In this document: in pieces, positions 29,319 through 38,848 of the stretch
Numbering within the stretch: the first letter of the stretch is position 1
Layout: each line of letters begins with the position of its first letter
From: Alphaproteobacteria bacterium
GTDB lineage: Bacteria; Pseudomonadota; Alphaproteobacteria; UBA828
Assembly: GCA_963422645.2 (NCBI GenBank)
Contig: CAXXVO010000004.1
Span: 192,001 to 256,000 of the forward strand
Direction of reading: 5' to 3'
Length of the DNA stretch: 64,000 nucleotides
Program-made: the position numbers and the translations under genes
Notes under the pieces: model-generated
What the model was told of the DNA's origin: nothing
Database searches by the model: none
The model's input: the letters and a program-made list of their open reading frames with translations, nothing else

Positions 29319-30833
29319 ATGCTGGTTGTGGAAACGATCGCGAAGATCCGTCGGGATCATCTGGTGAAGGGCGTTCCGATCAAGAAGCTCGCCCGGGATT
29401 TGAGGGTTTCCAAGAACACGATACGCAAGGTGGTGCGGGGCGATGCGACCTCGCACAGCTACGAGCGCAAGATCCAGCCGATGCCGAAGCTTGGGCTGTG
29501 GGTGGAGGAGCTTGAGCGCCAGCTGAAGGCCAACGAGAAGAAGGCACGCAAGGATCGGCTGTCTCTTCTGCGGATTCATGAAGACCTTGTGTCGCTGGGC
29601 TACAAGGGCGGCTATGACGCGGTTCGCCGCTATGCCAGGGCCTGGCGGCGCCGGTGGCGGCTGTTGTCGCCGGCGCAGGCCTATGTGCCGCTGATCTTCG
29701 ATCCCGGCGAGGCCTACCAGTTCGACTGGAGCCACGAGTACGCGCGTCTGTCGGGCGCGACGACCAGGGTGAAGGCGGCGCACATGCGGCTGTGCCACAG
29801 CCGGATGTATCTGGTCCAGATCTTTCCCCGCGAGAGCCAGGAGATGGTCTTCGAGGCGCACGAGCGTGCCTTCCGCTTCTTCGGCGGGGTCTGCCGGCGG
29901 GGCATCTACGACAACATGAAGACGGCGGTGAGCACGATCTTCGTGGGCAAGAAGCGGGACTACAACCGCCGCTTCCAGGAGCTGTGCTCGCACCATCTGG
30001 TGGAGCCTGTGGCGTGCACGCCAGGGGCTGGCTGGGAGAAGGGGCAGGTCGAGAAGCAGGTGGGTGACCTTCGCGGCCGCCTGTTCGTGCCCATCCCGCG
30101 GGGCCGCTCCTACGCCGAGATCAACGAGTGGCTGATGGATCGGTGCATCGAGGACGCCAAGAAGCATCCGCATCCGACAATCCCGGGCAAGACGGTGTGG
30201 CAGGTGTTCGAGGAGGAGCAGCCCTTCCTGATGGCGTATCGCGGCCCCTTCGACGGCTTCCATGCCAGCGAGGTGTCGGTCTCGAAGACCTGTCTGGTGC
30301 GCTTCGACAACAACCAGTACAGCGTCGCGGCCCGCGCCGTCGGCCGGCCGGTGGACGTGCGGGCCTATGCCGATCGGATCGTCATCCGCCAGGACGGCGA
30401 GACCGTTGCCGAGCACCCCCGCAGCTTCGGGCGCGGCCGGTTCGTCTACGATCCGTGGCATTACGTGCCGATCCTGACGCGGAAGCCCGGCGCGCTACGC
30501 AATGGCGCGCCCTTCAAGGACTGGCAGTTGCCCAACGCGCTCGGCCGCCTGCGAACCCGGCTCGCGGGCCACGACGACGGCGACCGGCAGTTCGTCAAGG
30601 TGCTCGCGGCGGTGCTGGAGGACGGACTGGAGGCGGTTGAGGCGGCCTGTGCCGAGACGCTCGACTGCGGTGCCTGCAGCGCCGACGTGGTGCTCAACAT
30701 CCTCGCCCGGCAGCGCCAGCCGGCACCGCCGGCAATCATCCCGACGCCCGAGGGCCTGCAGCTTCGCCACAAGCCGGTAGCCGACTGTCAGCGCTACGAC
30801 AGCCTGAGGGAGGCCGGTCATGGAGCGTCATGA
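29319..30833 (+). CDS. istA: IS21 transposase
   Basis: N-terminal [48 protein letters not shown]. Confidence 0.95.
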   Translation: MLVVETIAKIRRDHLVKGVPIKKLARDLRVSKNTIRKVVRGDATSHSYERKIQPMPKLGLWVEELERQLKANEKKARKDRLSLLRIHEDLVSLGYKGGYDAVRRYARAWRRRWRLLSPAQAYVPLIFDPGEAYQFDWSHEYARLSGATTRVKAAHMRLCHSRMYLVQIFPRESQEMVFEAHERAFRFFGGVCRRGIYDNMKTAVSTIFVGKKRDYNRRFQELCSHHLVEPVACTPGAGWEKGQVEKQVGDLRGRLFVPIPRGRSYAEINEWLMDRCIEDAKKHPHPTIPGKTVWQVFEEEQPFLMAYRGPFDGFHASEVSVSKTCLVRFDNNQYSVAARAVGRPVDVRAYADRIVIRQDGETVAEHPRSFGRGRFVYDPWHYVPILTRKPGALRNGAPFKDWQLPNALGRLRTRLAGHDDGDRQFVKVLAAVLEDGLEAVEAACAETLDCGACSADVVLNILARQRQPAPPAIIPTPEGLQLRHKPVADCQRYDSLREAGHGAS

Positions 30834-31548
30834 TGTGCTGGAGATGATGACCCAGCTGAAGCTCGCAGGTATGCGCGCCGCTTACGACGACATCCTTGCC
30901 GACGGGCTCAAGCGCCGCCATCCGGTGCAACAGATCATCGGTACGCTGCTGCAGGTCGAGATCGCCGACAAGAGGGCCCGCTCGATCAAGTACCAGATGG
31001 CCTCCGCCAAGCTGCCGACGGTCAAGGAGCTGGCCGACTTCGACTTCGCCGCCTCGCCGGTCAACGAGCCCCTGATCCAGGAGCTCGCCGGCGGCGGCTT
31101 CCTCGAGGGCAAACGCAACATCGTGCTGGTCGGCGGCACCGGTACCGGCAAGACCCATCTCGCCGTCGCCATCGCGCGGTCCTGCATCCGCAAGGGCGCG
31201 CGCGGCCGGTGCTACAACGTCGTCGACCTGGTCAACCTCCTCGAGGCCGAGCTTCGCGCCGGACGCCAGGGCCGCACTGCAGACCAGCTCGTCCGCCGCG
31301 ACTTCGTCATCCTCGACGAGCTCGGCTACCTGCCCTTCGCCCAGGCCGGTGGGCAGCTGCTCTTCCATCTGATGAGCCGGCTCTACGAGCGCACCTCGAT
31401 CGTCATCACCACAAACCTCGCCTTCGGCGAATGGCCATCCGTCTTCGGCGACCCCAAGATGACCACAGCGCTGCTCGATCGCCTCACCCATCATTGCGAG
31501 ATCATCGAGACCGGCAACGAGAGCTGGCGCTTCAAGAACCGCTCCTGA
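30820..31548 (+). CDS. istB: IS21 helper AAA+ ATPase
   Basis: [38 protein letters not shown]. Confidence 0.96.
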   Translation: MERHDVLEMMTQLKLAGMRAAYDDILADGLKRRHPVQQIIGTLLQVEIADKRARSIKYQMASAKLPTVKELADFDFAASPVNEPLIQELAGGGFLEGKRNIVLVGGTGTGKTHLAVAIARSCIRKGARGRCYNVVDLVNLLEAELRAGRQGRTADQLVRRDFVILDELGYLPFAQAGGQLLFHLMSRLYERTSIVITTNLAFGEWPSVFGDPKMTTALLDRLTHHCEIIETGNESWRFKNRS

Positions 31549-31575
31549 CCCGCCGCCGGCCTCCCTTGCGGCCCG

Positions 31576-31680
31576 GTTGCCCCGGTGGGCCAACAGGGAC
31601 CCCCCACGCGGCTTCGCTCCGCGTAGCGCAGGGCGCCACACGAAGCCGCGCGGGTCCCCCCTATTGGCTACCGGGACAAC
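31576..31680. repeat. Long imperfect palindrome (~105 bp) inside the IS21 right-end region
   Basis: GTTGCCCCGGTGGGCCAACAGGGACC...CGCGGCTTCG pairs with CGAAGCCGCG...CCCTATTGGCTACCGGGACAAC. Confidence 0.8.
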
Positions 31681-31750
31681 CTCCGCCGTGCCACTCAGGG
31701 GGGTCAATTTTGCACGCCGATCGGGGGTCAGTATTGAAAGCCGATTGACA

Positions 31751-32836
31751 GACCGGCAAGGCGCGCCCGCCTGTCGGCAGGTCTTCGACGTACCCGAGCC
31801 GCAGCCTCTCGAGGTCACCGAACACCGCGCCCATCGCTGCCTCTGCGGCGCATGCGGCACGCTGACACGAGCCGCCTTCCCGCCGGGCGTCACCGCCCCG
31901 GTCCAGTACGGCCCTCGCATCACCGCTTGGGTGAGTTACCTGCTGTACGCCCAGTTCGTGCCCGAGAAGCGTCTGGCCGAACTCATGAGCGACATCTTCG
32001 CGGTGTCCATCTCCACTGCCACGATCGCCGCCATGGGCCGGCGCACAGCGCAGCGCTTCGAGGGCTTCCTCGACCATGTCGCCGATCTGATCCGCACGCA
32101 GGCGCCGGTCAAGCACCTCGACGAGACCGGCCTGCGTATCGCCGCCCGTACCCGCTGGCTCCATGTGCTGTGCACCCCGTTGCTCACCGTCCTGCGCATC
32201 GGCGAGGGACGCGGCGATGTCGAAAAGAACCTGAAAGGCATCCTCGTCCACGACGACTTCGCCCCCTACTTCACCATCAAGGGCGTCCGCCACGGCGCCT
32301 GCAACGCACATCACCTGCGCGAACTCCAGGCCCTGATCGACATCGAGAAGGAGGAATGGGCGGCGAGCATGCACCGCCTGCTTCAGCGCGCGCGCAGGGC
32401 CGCCCGCTTCGCCCGTGAGAAAGACCGTCAAGTCCCCGCCTCCCTGGTGGCCCGCATCTCAAGGGCATGGGACCGTATCCTCGAAGAAGCCATCGCCTTC
32501 CATGAGGCCCAACCGCCGCTCCAGATCGCAAAGCGAGGGCGAAAGAAACGCCGCATCGGCCACAACCTCGCGCGCCGCCTTCAAAAGCATAAGGAGGGCT
32601 GCCTGCGCTTCCTCACCGACCTGCGCACGCCGTTCACGAATAACGAGGCGGAGCGTGACATCCGTATGAACAAAGTGCATGAGAAGATCTCAGGCGGCTT
32701 CCGCTCCCTGCAAGGCGCCTGCAACTTCGCCGGAATGCGCAGCGTCATCGTCACCGCTCGAAAGCAAGGCTGGAACATCCTGCAAATCCTGGCGCACCCG
32801 GAACCGATGCAGCTGATCCCTATACTGCGCTCCTGA
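31751..32836 (+). pseudogene. 5'-truncated IS66-family transposase
   Basis: Begins abruptly at the IS21 end with ...RQVFDVPEP.PLEVTEHRAH; HLDETG, CNAHHLREL, FTNNEAERDIR; lacks the coiled-coil and NSSKPPS region present in the 952-2457 copy. Confidence 0.9.
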
Positions 32837-32911
32837 ACTTCTCCGGCTCATCCTGAGTATCGCTGTCCTCTCATCTTGTTCGCGACGCGGCGTTCATCAT
32901 CCTCTCGCGCT

Positions 32912-33091
32912 CAAGAGAGTAGGCACCCCCGCGGCGTGGGGGCGTTGACGCAAAAGGAACTGGCTTGTTCCATAAGAGAGAGGGGGTACCTGGGCAGTTA
33001 CCAAGAGAGTAGGCACCCCCGCGGCGTGGGGGCGTTGACGCAAAAGGAACTGGCTTGTTCCATAAGAGAGAGGGGGTACCTGGGCAGTTAC
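32912..33091 (+). repeat. Perfect 2 x 90-bp tandem duplication, each unit ending in the IS66 terminal repeat
   Basis: 32912-33001 equals 33002-33091 (CAAGAGAGTAGGCACC...GTACCTGGGCAGTTAC). Confidence 0.95.
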
Positions 33092-33207
33092 GATAGTTCT
33101 CCCTTGTGTGGGTCAAGTTTAATGCTCCATGTTCTGCAGAACCGCAAAGCATACAGCCAATGGGTAACGGTCGTTCTTGAAAGCACTGAAAACCTCCCTT
33201 GTGTCGT

Positions 33208-34404
33208 TCAAGTGTCAAGTTTCATGCTTTGCAAAACTTCAAAGCATGCAGCCAATGGGTGATAGTCCGTCTTGGACGCCGGGCTCTTTTCGTTGCTGTT
33301 TTTTTGGCCGTCACTATTCAAAATGCGGTACCAGGCGCCGTACTCGTGATCCACAAAGTGCTTGTCGGCATAGCCCCAAACACGGTCGTACCAGTCCCAG
33401 TACTTGTCGAGACCGGTTGCGTTGGCCAGAAGGGCCGACGCCGCAAATGATTCGGAAAAGACCCAATAATACTGGTCGGTGTCGAGGATCGTACCGTCGG
33501 GCGCAAATGTGTAGTTGATTGCCCCGGTTTCCGACGCATACGCTCGCTCCATCGCAGCGTCAAAGAGCATCTTGGCTTGCGGGACCAGCCAGTCGGACGG
33601 GCGGTGCCGGTTGAGAATCAAGAGCAGCTTCGACCACTCGGTAAAATGGCCGGGAAGATAGCCGTAGGGCCGGAAGAGATTCTTCGGATCGTCCTTGTTG
33701 TAGTTCCAGTCGTGCGTCCAGTCGGTCTTGTAGTGTTCCCAAACGAGACCGTCGGCCTGCGCCGCCAAATCCTGGCAAATGCGCCGCGCCAACAACGCCG
33801 CGCGGTCGAGATAGCGTGACTCTCCGCTTGCCTCCCACGCCGACAGCATCGCTTCGCACATGTGCATGTTGGCGTTCTGGCCGCGGTAGGCATCGACCTT
33901 CGTCCAGTCCCCCGCCGCGATCTCGTCCACGTAAAGCGATGCGTCCGGGTCCCAGAAGCGCGCCTCCAGCAGGTTCCAGATGTCATCCATCAGGGCGGCC
34001 GCACCCTCGGCGCCCGCCTTACAGGCTCCGGCGGCGGAGAGGAGCACGAATGCATGTCCGTAGCAATGATATGTGCCATCCACGACCTCCTGCCCGGAAA
34101 GCACCCAGGCATAGCCGCCGTCTTCGCGTTTGTGATGCTCGCGTAGGAACCGGACTCCGTGAGCGGCCGCCGCACGATACTCGTCGGCGCCCAGGACCAG
34201 ATGTGCAAGCCCGTAATTGTACGTGAAGCGGCAGGTCCCGACGAGGTGCTTCGTCATCCGGTCGAAAACGGTTCCGTCGTCAAGCATCTGATTGATGAAG
34301 CCGCCATATTCGTCATCGATGCACCGGGGGTGATAGAAGCCGATGATGTCGGCAATATGCCGCTTGAGAAAGGCAGGGTCTCGGAAATCCGATCGGTCAG
34401 ACAT
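33208..34404 (-). CDS. AGE-family epimerase/isomerase (mannose isomerase/YihS-like)
   Basis: Start refined to MSDRSDFRD; HLVGTCRF, YGHAF, YRGQNANMHMCEA, FRPYGYLPGHFTEW, YYWV..E, KTDYH. Confidence 0.88.
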   Translation of the reverse strand: MSDRSDFRDPAFLKRHIADIIGFYHPRCIDDEYGGFINQMLDDGTVFDRMTKHLVGTCRFTYNYGLAHLVLGADEYRAAAAHGVRFLREHHKREDGGYAWVLSGQEVVDGTYHCYGHAFVLLSAAGACKAGAEGAAALMDDIWNLLEARFWDPDASLYVDEIAAGDWTKVDAYRGQNANMHMCEAMLSAWEASGESRYLDRAALLARRICQDLAAQADGLVWEHYKTDWTHDWNYNKDDPKNLFRPYGYLPGHFTEWSKLLLILNRHRPSDWLVPQAKMLFDAAMERAYASETGAINYTFAPDGTILDTDQYYWVFSESFAASALLANATGLDKYWDWYDRVWGYADKHFVDHEYGAWYRILNSDGQKNSNEKSPASKTDYHPLAACFEVLQSMKLDT

Positions 34405-34409
34405 TCCAT

Positions 34410-35216
34410 CTACTCCGGAAGAATAACCCCGAGCTTCGACAGGAGGCCGCCATCGACCTTGATGTCTGCGCCCGTCATGAATGGACAGAGGTCGCTGGCA
34501 AGGAACGCCGCAACCGCAGCCACCTCCTCGATGGACCCGACGCGACCGACGGGATGTCCCTTGCCCCAGTCGGCGATTGTGGCTTCGACCGTGTTTTCGC
34601 CCTTCCAGAGGTCCGCCGCCCAACGCAACATAGGCGTATCGATCGCCGCCGGGCAGATCGCGTTTACGCGAATTCCGGCATCGGCGTGATCGAGAGCCAT
34701 GGCGCGGGTCAAGGCAAGAATTGCGCCCTTCGACGCTGTATAGGCCGCAACATTCGACTGAGACGCGAATGCCTGTACCGAGGCGAGGTTGATTACGGAT
34801 CCGCCGCCGGCCTCCTCGATGTGCGGGATGGCGTAGCGGGACGCCCAGTAGAGTCCCTTGAGATTTACCGCCATCACTTCGTCCCACGTCTCTTCTGGGG
34901 TGTCGGTGATGGTGCCGTAGCGCTGTATTCCGGCGCAATTCACCAGAACATTCAGGCCGCCGAACTGGCCAACCGTCTGCGCAACGGCGTCTTTGACATT
35001 GTCGCCGCGCGAAACGTCGGCCTCGATGGCCAACAGATCGTTGCCGGCGTCGAGCGCGGCCTGCGCTTGCCCAAGCGACTCCGGCTCGTTCGAACATATC
35101 GCAACCCTCGCGTTGCAAGCGAGGAACGCCCGAGCGATCCCGAAGCCCATACCCTTCGATCCGCCGGTTACGAAGGCGCTCTTTCCGGAAAGATCAATTT
35201 GCGCAGGACTTGCCAT
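34410..35216 (-). CDS. Short-chain dehydrogenase/reductase
   Basis: TGGSKGMG, NCAG, Y..SK (YTASKG), NAICP, VDGG. Confidence 0.93.
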   Translation of the reverse strand: MASPAQIDLSGKSAFVTGGSKGMGFGIARAFLACNARVAICSNEPESLGQAQAALDAGNDLLAIEADVSRGDNVKDAVAQTVGQFGGLNVLVNCAGIQRYGTITDTPEETWDEVMAVNLKGLYWASRYAIPHIEEAGGGSVINLASVQAFASQSNVAAYTASKGAILALTRAMALDHADAGIRVNAICPAAIDTPMLRWAADLWKGENTVEATIADWGKGHPVGRVGSIEEVAAVAAFLASDLCPFMTGADIKVDGGLLSKLGVILPE

Positions 35217-35911
35217 CACACCGCCTCGTTTTCCGCTTCAGCCGAGCCCTCGAAATACTCCGGATAAGTGGCCATCAGTTCATCGATCTGTCCCATCACA
35301 CGCCGAAGGTGCTGCTCCATCACAGTGCGGGCGCGGGCCGTGTCATGGCTTTCAATCGCCTTGAAAAGCTCGTCATGATCCTTGAGCAACAGGTTCAGGT
35401 CGATCTTTTCGAGGCTGAGCAAGCGCACCCGGTCCATGTGTTTTTTCGCGTCCGAGATCACCGACCAGACAAGTGATCGACCCGCCATCTCGGCAAAGGA
35501 TTGGTGCATTCTCTCGTCGGAAGCAAAGAACATTGCGATATCGGCTTGTTCGATCGCGAAACGCTGTTCTTCGATGGCCTGCCGCACTTTGAACCTGAAG
35601 CGCTTGGTGTTTCTTGCCGCGGCCTCTTCAATAATGGATACCTCCAACTTCTCGCGCACGAACTGCGCGGAACGCACCGCGTCGATGCGGATCGGCGCGA
35701 CGATCGTTCCCGCGCGCGACCGAAAATCCACCAAGCCCTCGGCTTCCAGGCGGGACAGGGCCTCGCGAACCGGTGTTCGGCTGACACCCATAGACGCGGC
35801 GAGATGGGATTCCGCGATCGCTTCATTCGGAGCGAACTCCATCGATACGATCTTCTTTCTGATCGTTCGGTAAGCTCGCTCTCCCGCCAAGAGAGCCTTG
35901 ACCTGCTGCAA
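35216..35911 (-). CDS. GntR/FCD-family transcriptional regulator
   Basis: LA..MGVSRTPVREAL.RL..EGLV HTH; FCD-type D..MH and H; TTG start at 35911 inferred from an upstream GAGGA. Confidence 0.87.
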   Translation of the reverse strand: MQQVKALLAGERAYRTIRKKIVSMEFAPNEAIAESHLAASMGVSRTPVREALSRLEAEGLVDFRSRAGTIVAPIRIDAVRSAQFVREKLEVSIIEEAAARNTKRFRFKVRQAIEEQRFAIEQADIAMFFASDERMHQSFAEMAGRSLVWSVISDAKKHMDRVRLLSLEKIDLNLLLKDHDELFKAIESHDTARARTVMEQHLRRVMGQIDELMATYPEYFEGSAEAENEAV

Positions 35912-36112
35912 GCGCAATTCCTCACTGTATTCTTGTATACACGCATGCAGTCCAAATCGCGTCAAGCTCCACGTTTCATATGACGAGCGCTGCATCATCG
36001 AACGGTTGGCGCGGGAGCGCAAAGTGTTGGCGGCGGCGTCATGAGGTGGCTTTGCTCACTCGGACCTCCTGGCGGCAGAGTCGGAGCGTGACCTTGTCGT
36101 TCTACGATCGCG

Positions 36113-36210
36113 GTCGAGTGGCTCGGTCATTCGGCTTTCGCCCTCGCGGGTCCGAACGTGCGGCTCTCCCGCACCCGGCCGCTCCCAAGGGTGACCCGCC
36201 TCATGCCCGA
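36113..36210 (-). ncRNA. Group II intron 3'-end remnant (domains V-VI)
   Basis: Minus strand reads GAGCGGCCGGGTGCGG-GAGA-GCCGC-AC-GTTCGGACCCGCGAGGGCGAAAGCCGAATGACCGAGCCACTCGAC: DV-like hairpin with GNRA loop and AC bulge, then a DVI-like region ending in AC; no RT gene nearby. Confidence 0.7.
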
Positions 36211-36223
36211 CGCAGCGGTCAAG

Positions 36224-37270
36224 TCACTCCAATCCACCTGTCCGACCTCTGGGCTCCACGTCGGAACCGGTGGCGACGGCGACCGGGCGGTTCTCCTCGA
36301 GCGATGCAAAGAGCGCGTCGAGCACCCGCACCGCGGCAAGCGCTTCGCGATAGTCCTGAACGAAGGGCGCGGAGGTCTGGACGGCCTCGGCGAAATGCAT
36401 GAGTTCGTCACGCAGATCGCCCGTTATCCGGCCGTTTATCTCTGGCCAGAGGTGCGTGTCGGCGGCTGTCGAGCCTTCCGCCGTGATGACCTGGAAACCC
36501 TGGTCGCGCACGTCCAGCAGGGCAGCGCTCTTCGTGCCAATCACCTCGAACGCGGCGTGGTAGCCCGCCGGCAGGCCCTCCGGCCATGCCCAGCTGTAGT
36601 CGAGGGTCCCGATGGCGCCGTTGGCGAAATTGACGACCGCGTAAAGCGCGTCCTCGTTGCCGTTCGACAGCTTGCTGACCTTCTGGGCGTATACCCGAAT
36701 GATGGGAGACCGGGAGACCCACTGCATCGCGTCGATGTCGTGGACACCCAGCTGGCACAGAATTGACGAATCGGCGCCGATTCTCTCGGCCAATGTGCGG
36801 ATCGTGTTGCGCTTGGCACGAAGATGGATCGGCTCGCCCAGGCGGTCGGGATGCGCTGCGGCCTGGAGCTGGACGTAGCGCGGGTCGAAGCGAAGCACGT
36901 GGGCGACCATCAGCCGGACCCCCGTCTCCTCGACCGCACGGGCGATCGCCTCGGCCCCCTTGGCATCGTGCGCCATGGGCTTTTCCAGCAGGATGTGCTT
37001 GCCGGCACGGGCGGCTGCGGTCGCCGACTCCACGTGGAGCCGGTCGGGGGTCGCGATGCTGACCGCGTCAATGTCGTCCCGTTCCAGAAGGGAAGCCGGA
37101 TCGCGGTGATAGTCCGCCCCCAGATCGTCCGCCAGTCCCCTGCAGGCCTCAGCGTCCGGATCCGCGACCGCGACGAGCCGCGTGTTCGGAAGCTGGCTCC
37201 ACACCCTGGCGTGGAGGCTTCCCATGAAGCCGACCCCAATCACACCCAGGCGCAGCCCTTCACTCGTCAT
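36224..37270 (-). CDS. Gfo/Idh/MocA-family oxidoreductase
   Basis: GVIGVGFMG, IATPD..H, GKHILLEKP, RFDP, GVHDID. Confidence 0.92.
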   Translation of the reverse strand: MTSEGLRLGVIGVGFMGSLHARVWSQLPNTRLVAVADPDAEACRGLADDLGADYHRDPASLLERDDIDAVSIATPDRLHVESATAAARAGKHILLEKPMAHDAKGAEAIARAVEETGVRLMVAHVLRFDPRYVQLQAAAHPDRLGEPIHLRAKRNTIRTLAERIGADSSILCQLGVHDIDAMQWVSRSPIIRVYAQKVSKLSNGNEDALYAVVNFANGAIGTLDYSWAWPEGLPAGYHAAFEVIGTKSAALLDVRDQGFQVITAEGSTAADTHLWPEINGRITGDLRDELMHFAEAVQTSAPFVQDYREALAAVRVLDALFASLEENRPVAVATGSDVEPRGRTGGLE

Positions 37271-37603
37271 GGGGATCGCTCCTTCTCGCGTTCGGGATGG
37301 GGAAGGGCCTGCCCTGCCTCATCGAACAGCAGAGCATAAAAGGGATCGGCTGCTGCATTGCCCGATGCATAGGGTCAAATTCCCGATTGCACAAAGCTGC
37401 CGTTCTCCCGCCTGACCGGCTTGCCACGTGGGTCGGTCGCGGCCGCAACAACCCGACCTGCACCGACGAGGCGCTTGCGCTCTACGTCGGCGACAGCATC
37501 CTGAAGAATATCGGCAACCTTTTTGACTAATGGACGCGACATGACCAGCCAACCGAAAGCAGCCGCGGCCGAGGCCAGCCCTGAGCCGGCAGACCGTTCC
37601 CGC

Positions 37604-38768
37604 ATGAAGATAACCAGGATCGCGAGCCACGTGCTGCAGTACGACATGCCGGAGGAGCTGGGCTACTCCCAGCAGTTCTACAGCAAGCGCACGGCACATA
37701 TCGTCGAGGTCGAGACCGACGCGGGCATCACCGGCTGGGGCGAGTGTTTCGGGCCGGGAAGCGTGGCGCTGGCCAACCGGGCCATCGTGGAGCAGGTCAT
37801 CCAGCCGATGGTGCTGGGCATGGACCCGCTGGACCGCGATGCGATCTGGCACAGGGTCTACAACCTGTTGCGCGATCACGGCCAGAAGGGGATGCCGCTG
37901 CAGGCGCTCTCCGGCGTCGACATCGCGCTTTGGGACATCGCCGGCAAGGTCGCCGGACTGCCCGATCCACAAGCTGATCGGCGGCGCCCATCGCCATTCG
38001 GTGCCGGTCTACGGCTACGGCATGATGCTGCGGCGAGAGGATGCAGCCTCGCTCGCCGCGCGCTTCGCCGACGAGGCGGCCGCGATCAAGGCGAATGGCT
38101 TCGTCGCCACCAAGATGAAGGTCGGGCTCGGGTCCAAGCACGATGTGGTGCTTGCCGAGGCGGTCCGCCGCGCGGTGGGCGACGACTTCGACTTCATGGT
38201 GGATGCCAACCACTGCTACACCGCGGCGGACGCCTTCCATGTCGGGCGCGCGCTGGATGAGCTGGGCGCTTACTGGTCCGAGGAGCCGGTGGCGCCGGAA
38301 GACCTGGATGGGTACGCGGCCTTGCGCGCCGGCCTTGAGGTGAATATCGCCGGCGGCGAGGCCGAGTTCAGCCGCTGGGGCTGGCGGTCGCTGCTGGAGA
38401 GCGGTGGGCTCGACATCGCCCAGCCGGAGGTCTGCTCCCTCGGCGGCATCAGCGAGTACCTGCGGGTACTCGCGCTCTGCCACGCGCATTTCACGCCGGT
38501 GGTGAACCATGTCTGGGGCTCGGCCATTGCCGTCGCCGCCAACCTGCAGCTGCTGGCGGCGATGCCGCCGCTGCCGGGCGGGCTCTTTCCGCGCGAGCCG
38601 ATGCTGGAATTCGACACGACCGAGAACAGGTTCCGCGACGACTTGCTGACGGAGCCGCTGGACATTCAGGGTCAGGTTGCCCGCAGCGGTGGCTGCGCCT
38701 CGATCCCCGATGGGCCGGGCCTCGGCGTCGAGCCCGACCGCACTTTCCTGAGACACTACGCGGCGTAG
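37604..38768 (+). pseudogene. Mandelate racemase/muconate lactonizing family enzyme (Gci-like), frameshifted
   Basis: N-half (MKIT..., GWGECFG, ALSGVDIALWDIAGK) and C-half (PIHKLIGG, KMKVG, VDAN, EEP, GGE, NHVWG, GPGLG) lie in different frames; one extra C at about 37961-37963. Confidence 0.85.
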
Positions 38769-38848
38769 TGGACGCTCTCCTGCACCGACGGCCGGAGAGC
38801 ACCGCGCGGACCATGACCTCGGTGAGACATGCGGGTTAGAGTGCGCCC

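Larger units (their letters stand above)
29203..31750 (+). mobile_element. IS21-family insertion sequence
   Basis: TGTTAAG... left end and ...TTGACA right end; repeated AAA(A/T)TGACCCC motifs at both ends; istA-istB pair; no target duplication visible. Confidence 0.92.

Noticed and set aside
32912-33091. CRISPR array
   Set aside because: Two identical 90-bp units with no unique spacers and no cas genes; the units are IS66 ends
33208-35118. 636-aa ORF as one protein
   Set aside because: The N-terminal 238 codons overlap the SDR gene in another frame; the epimerase starts at 34404
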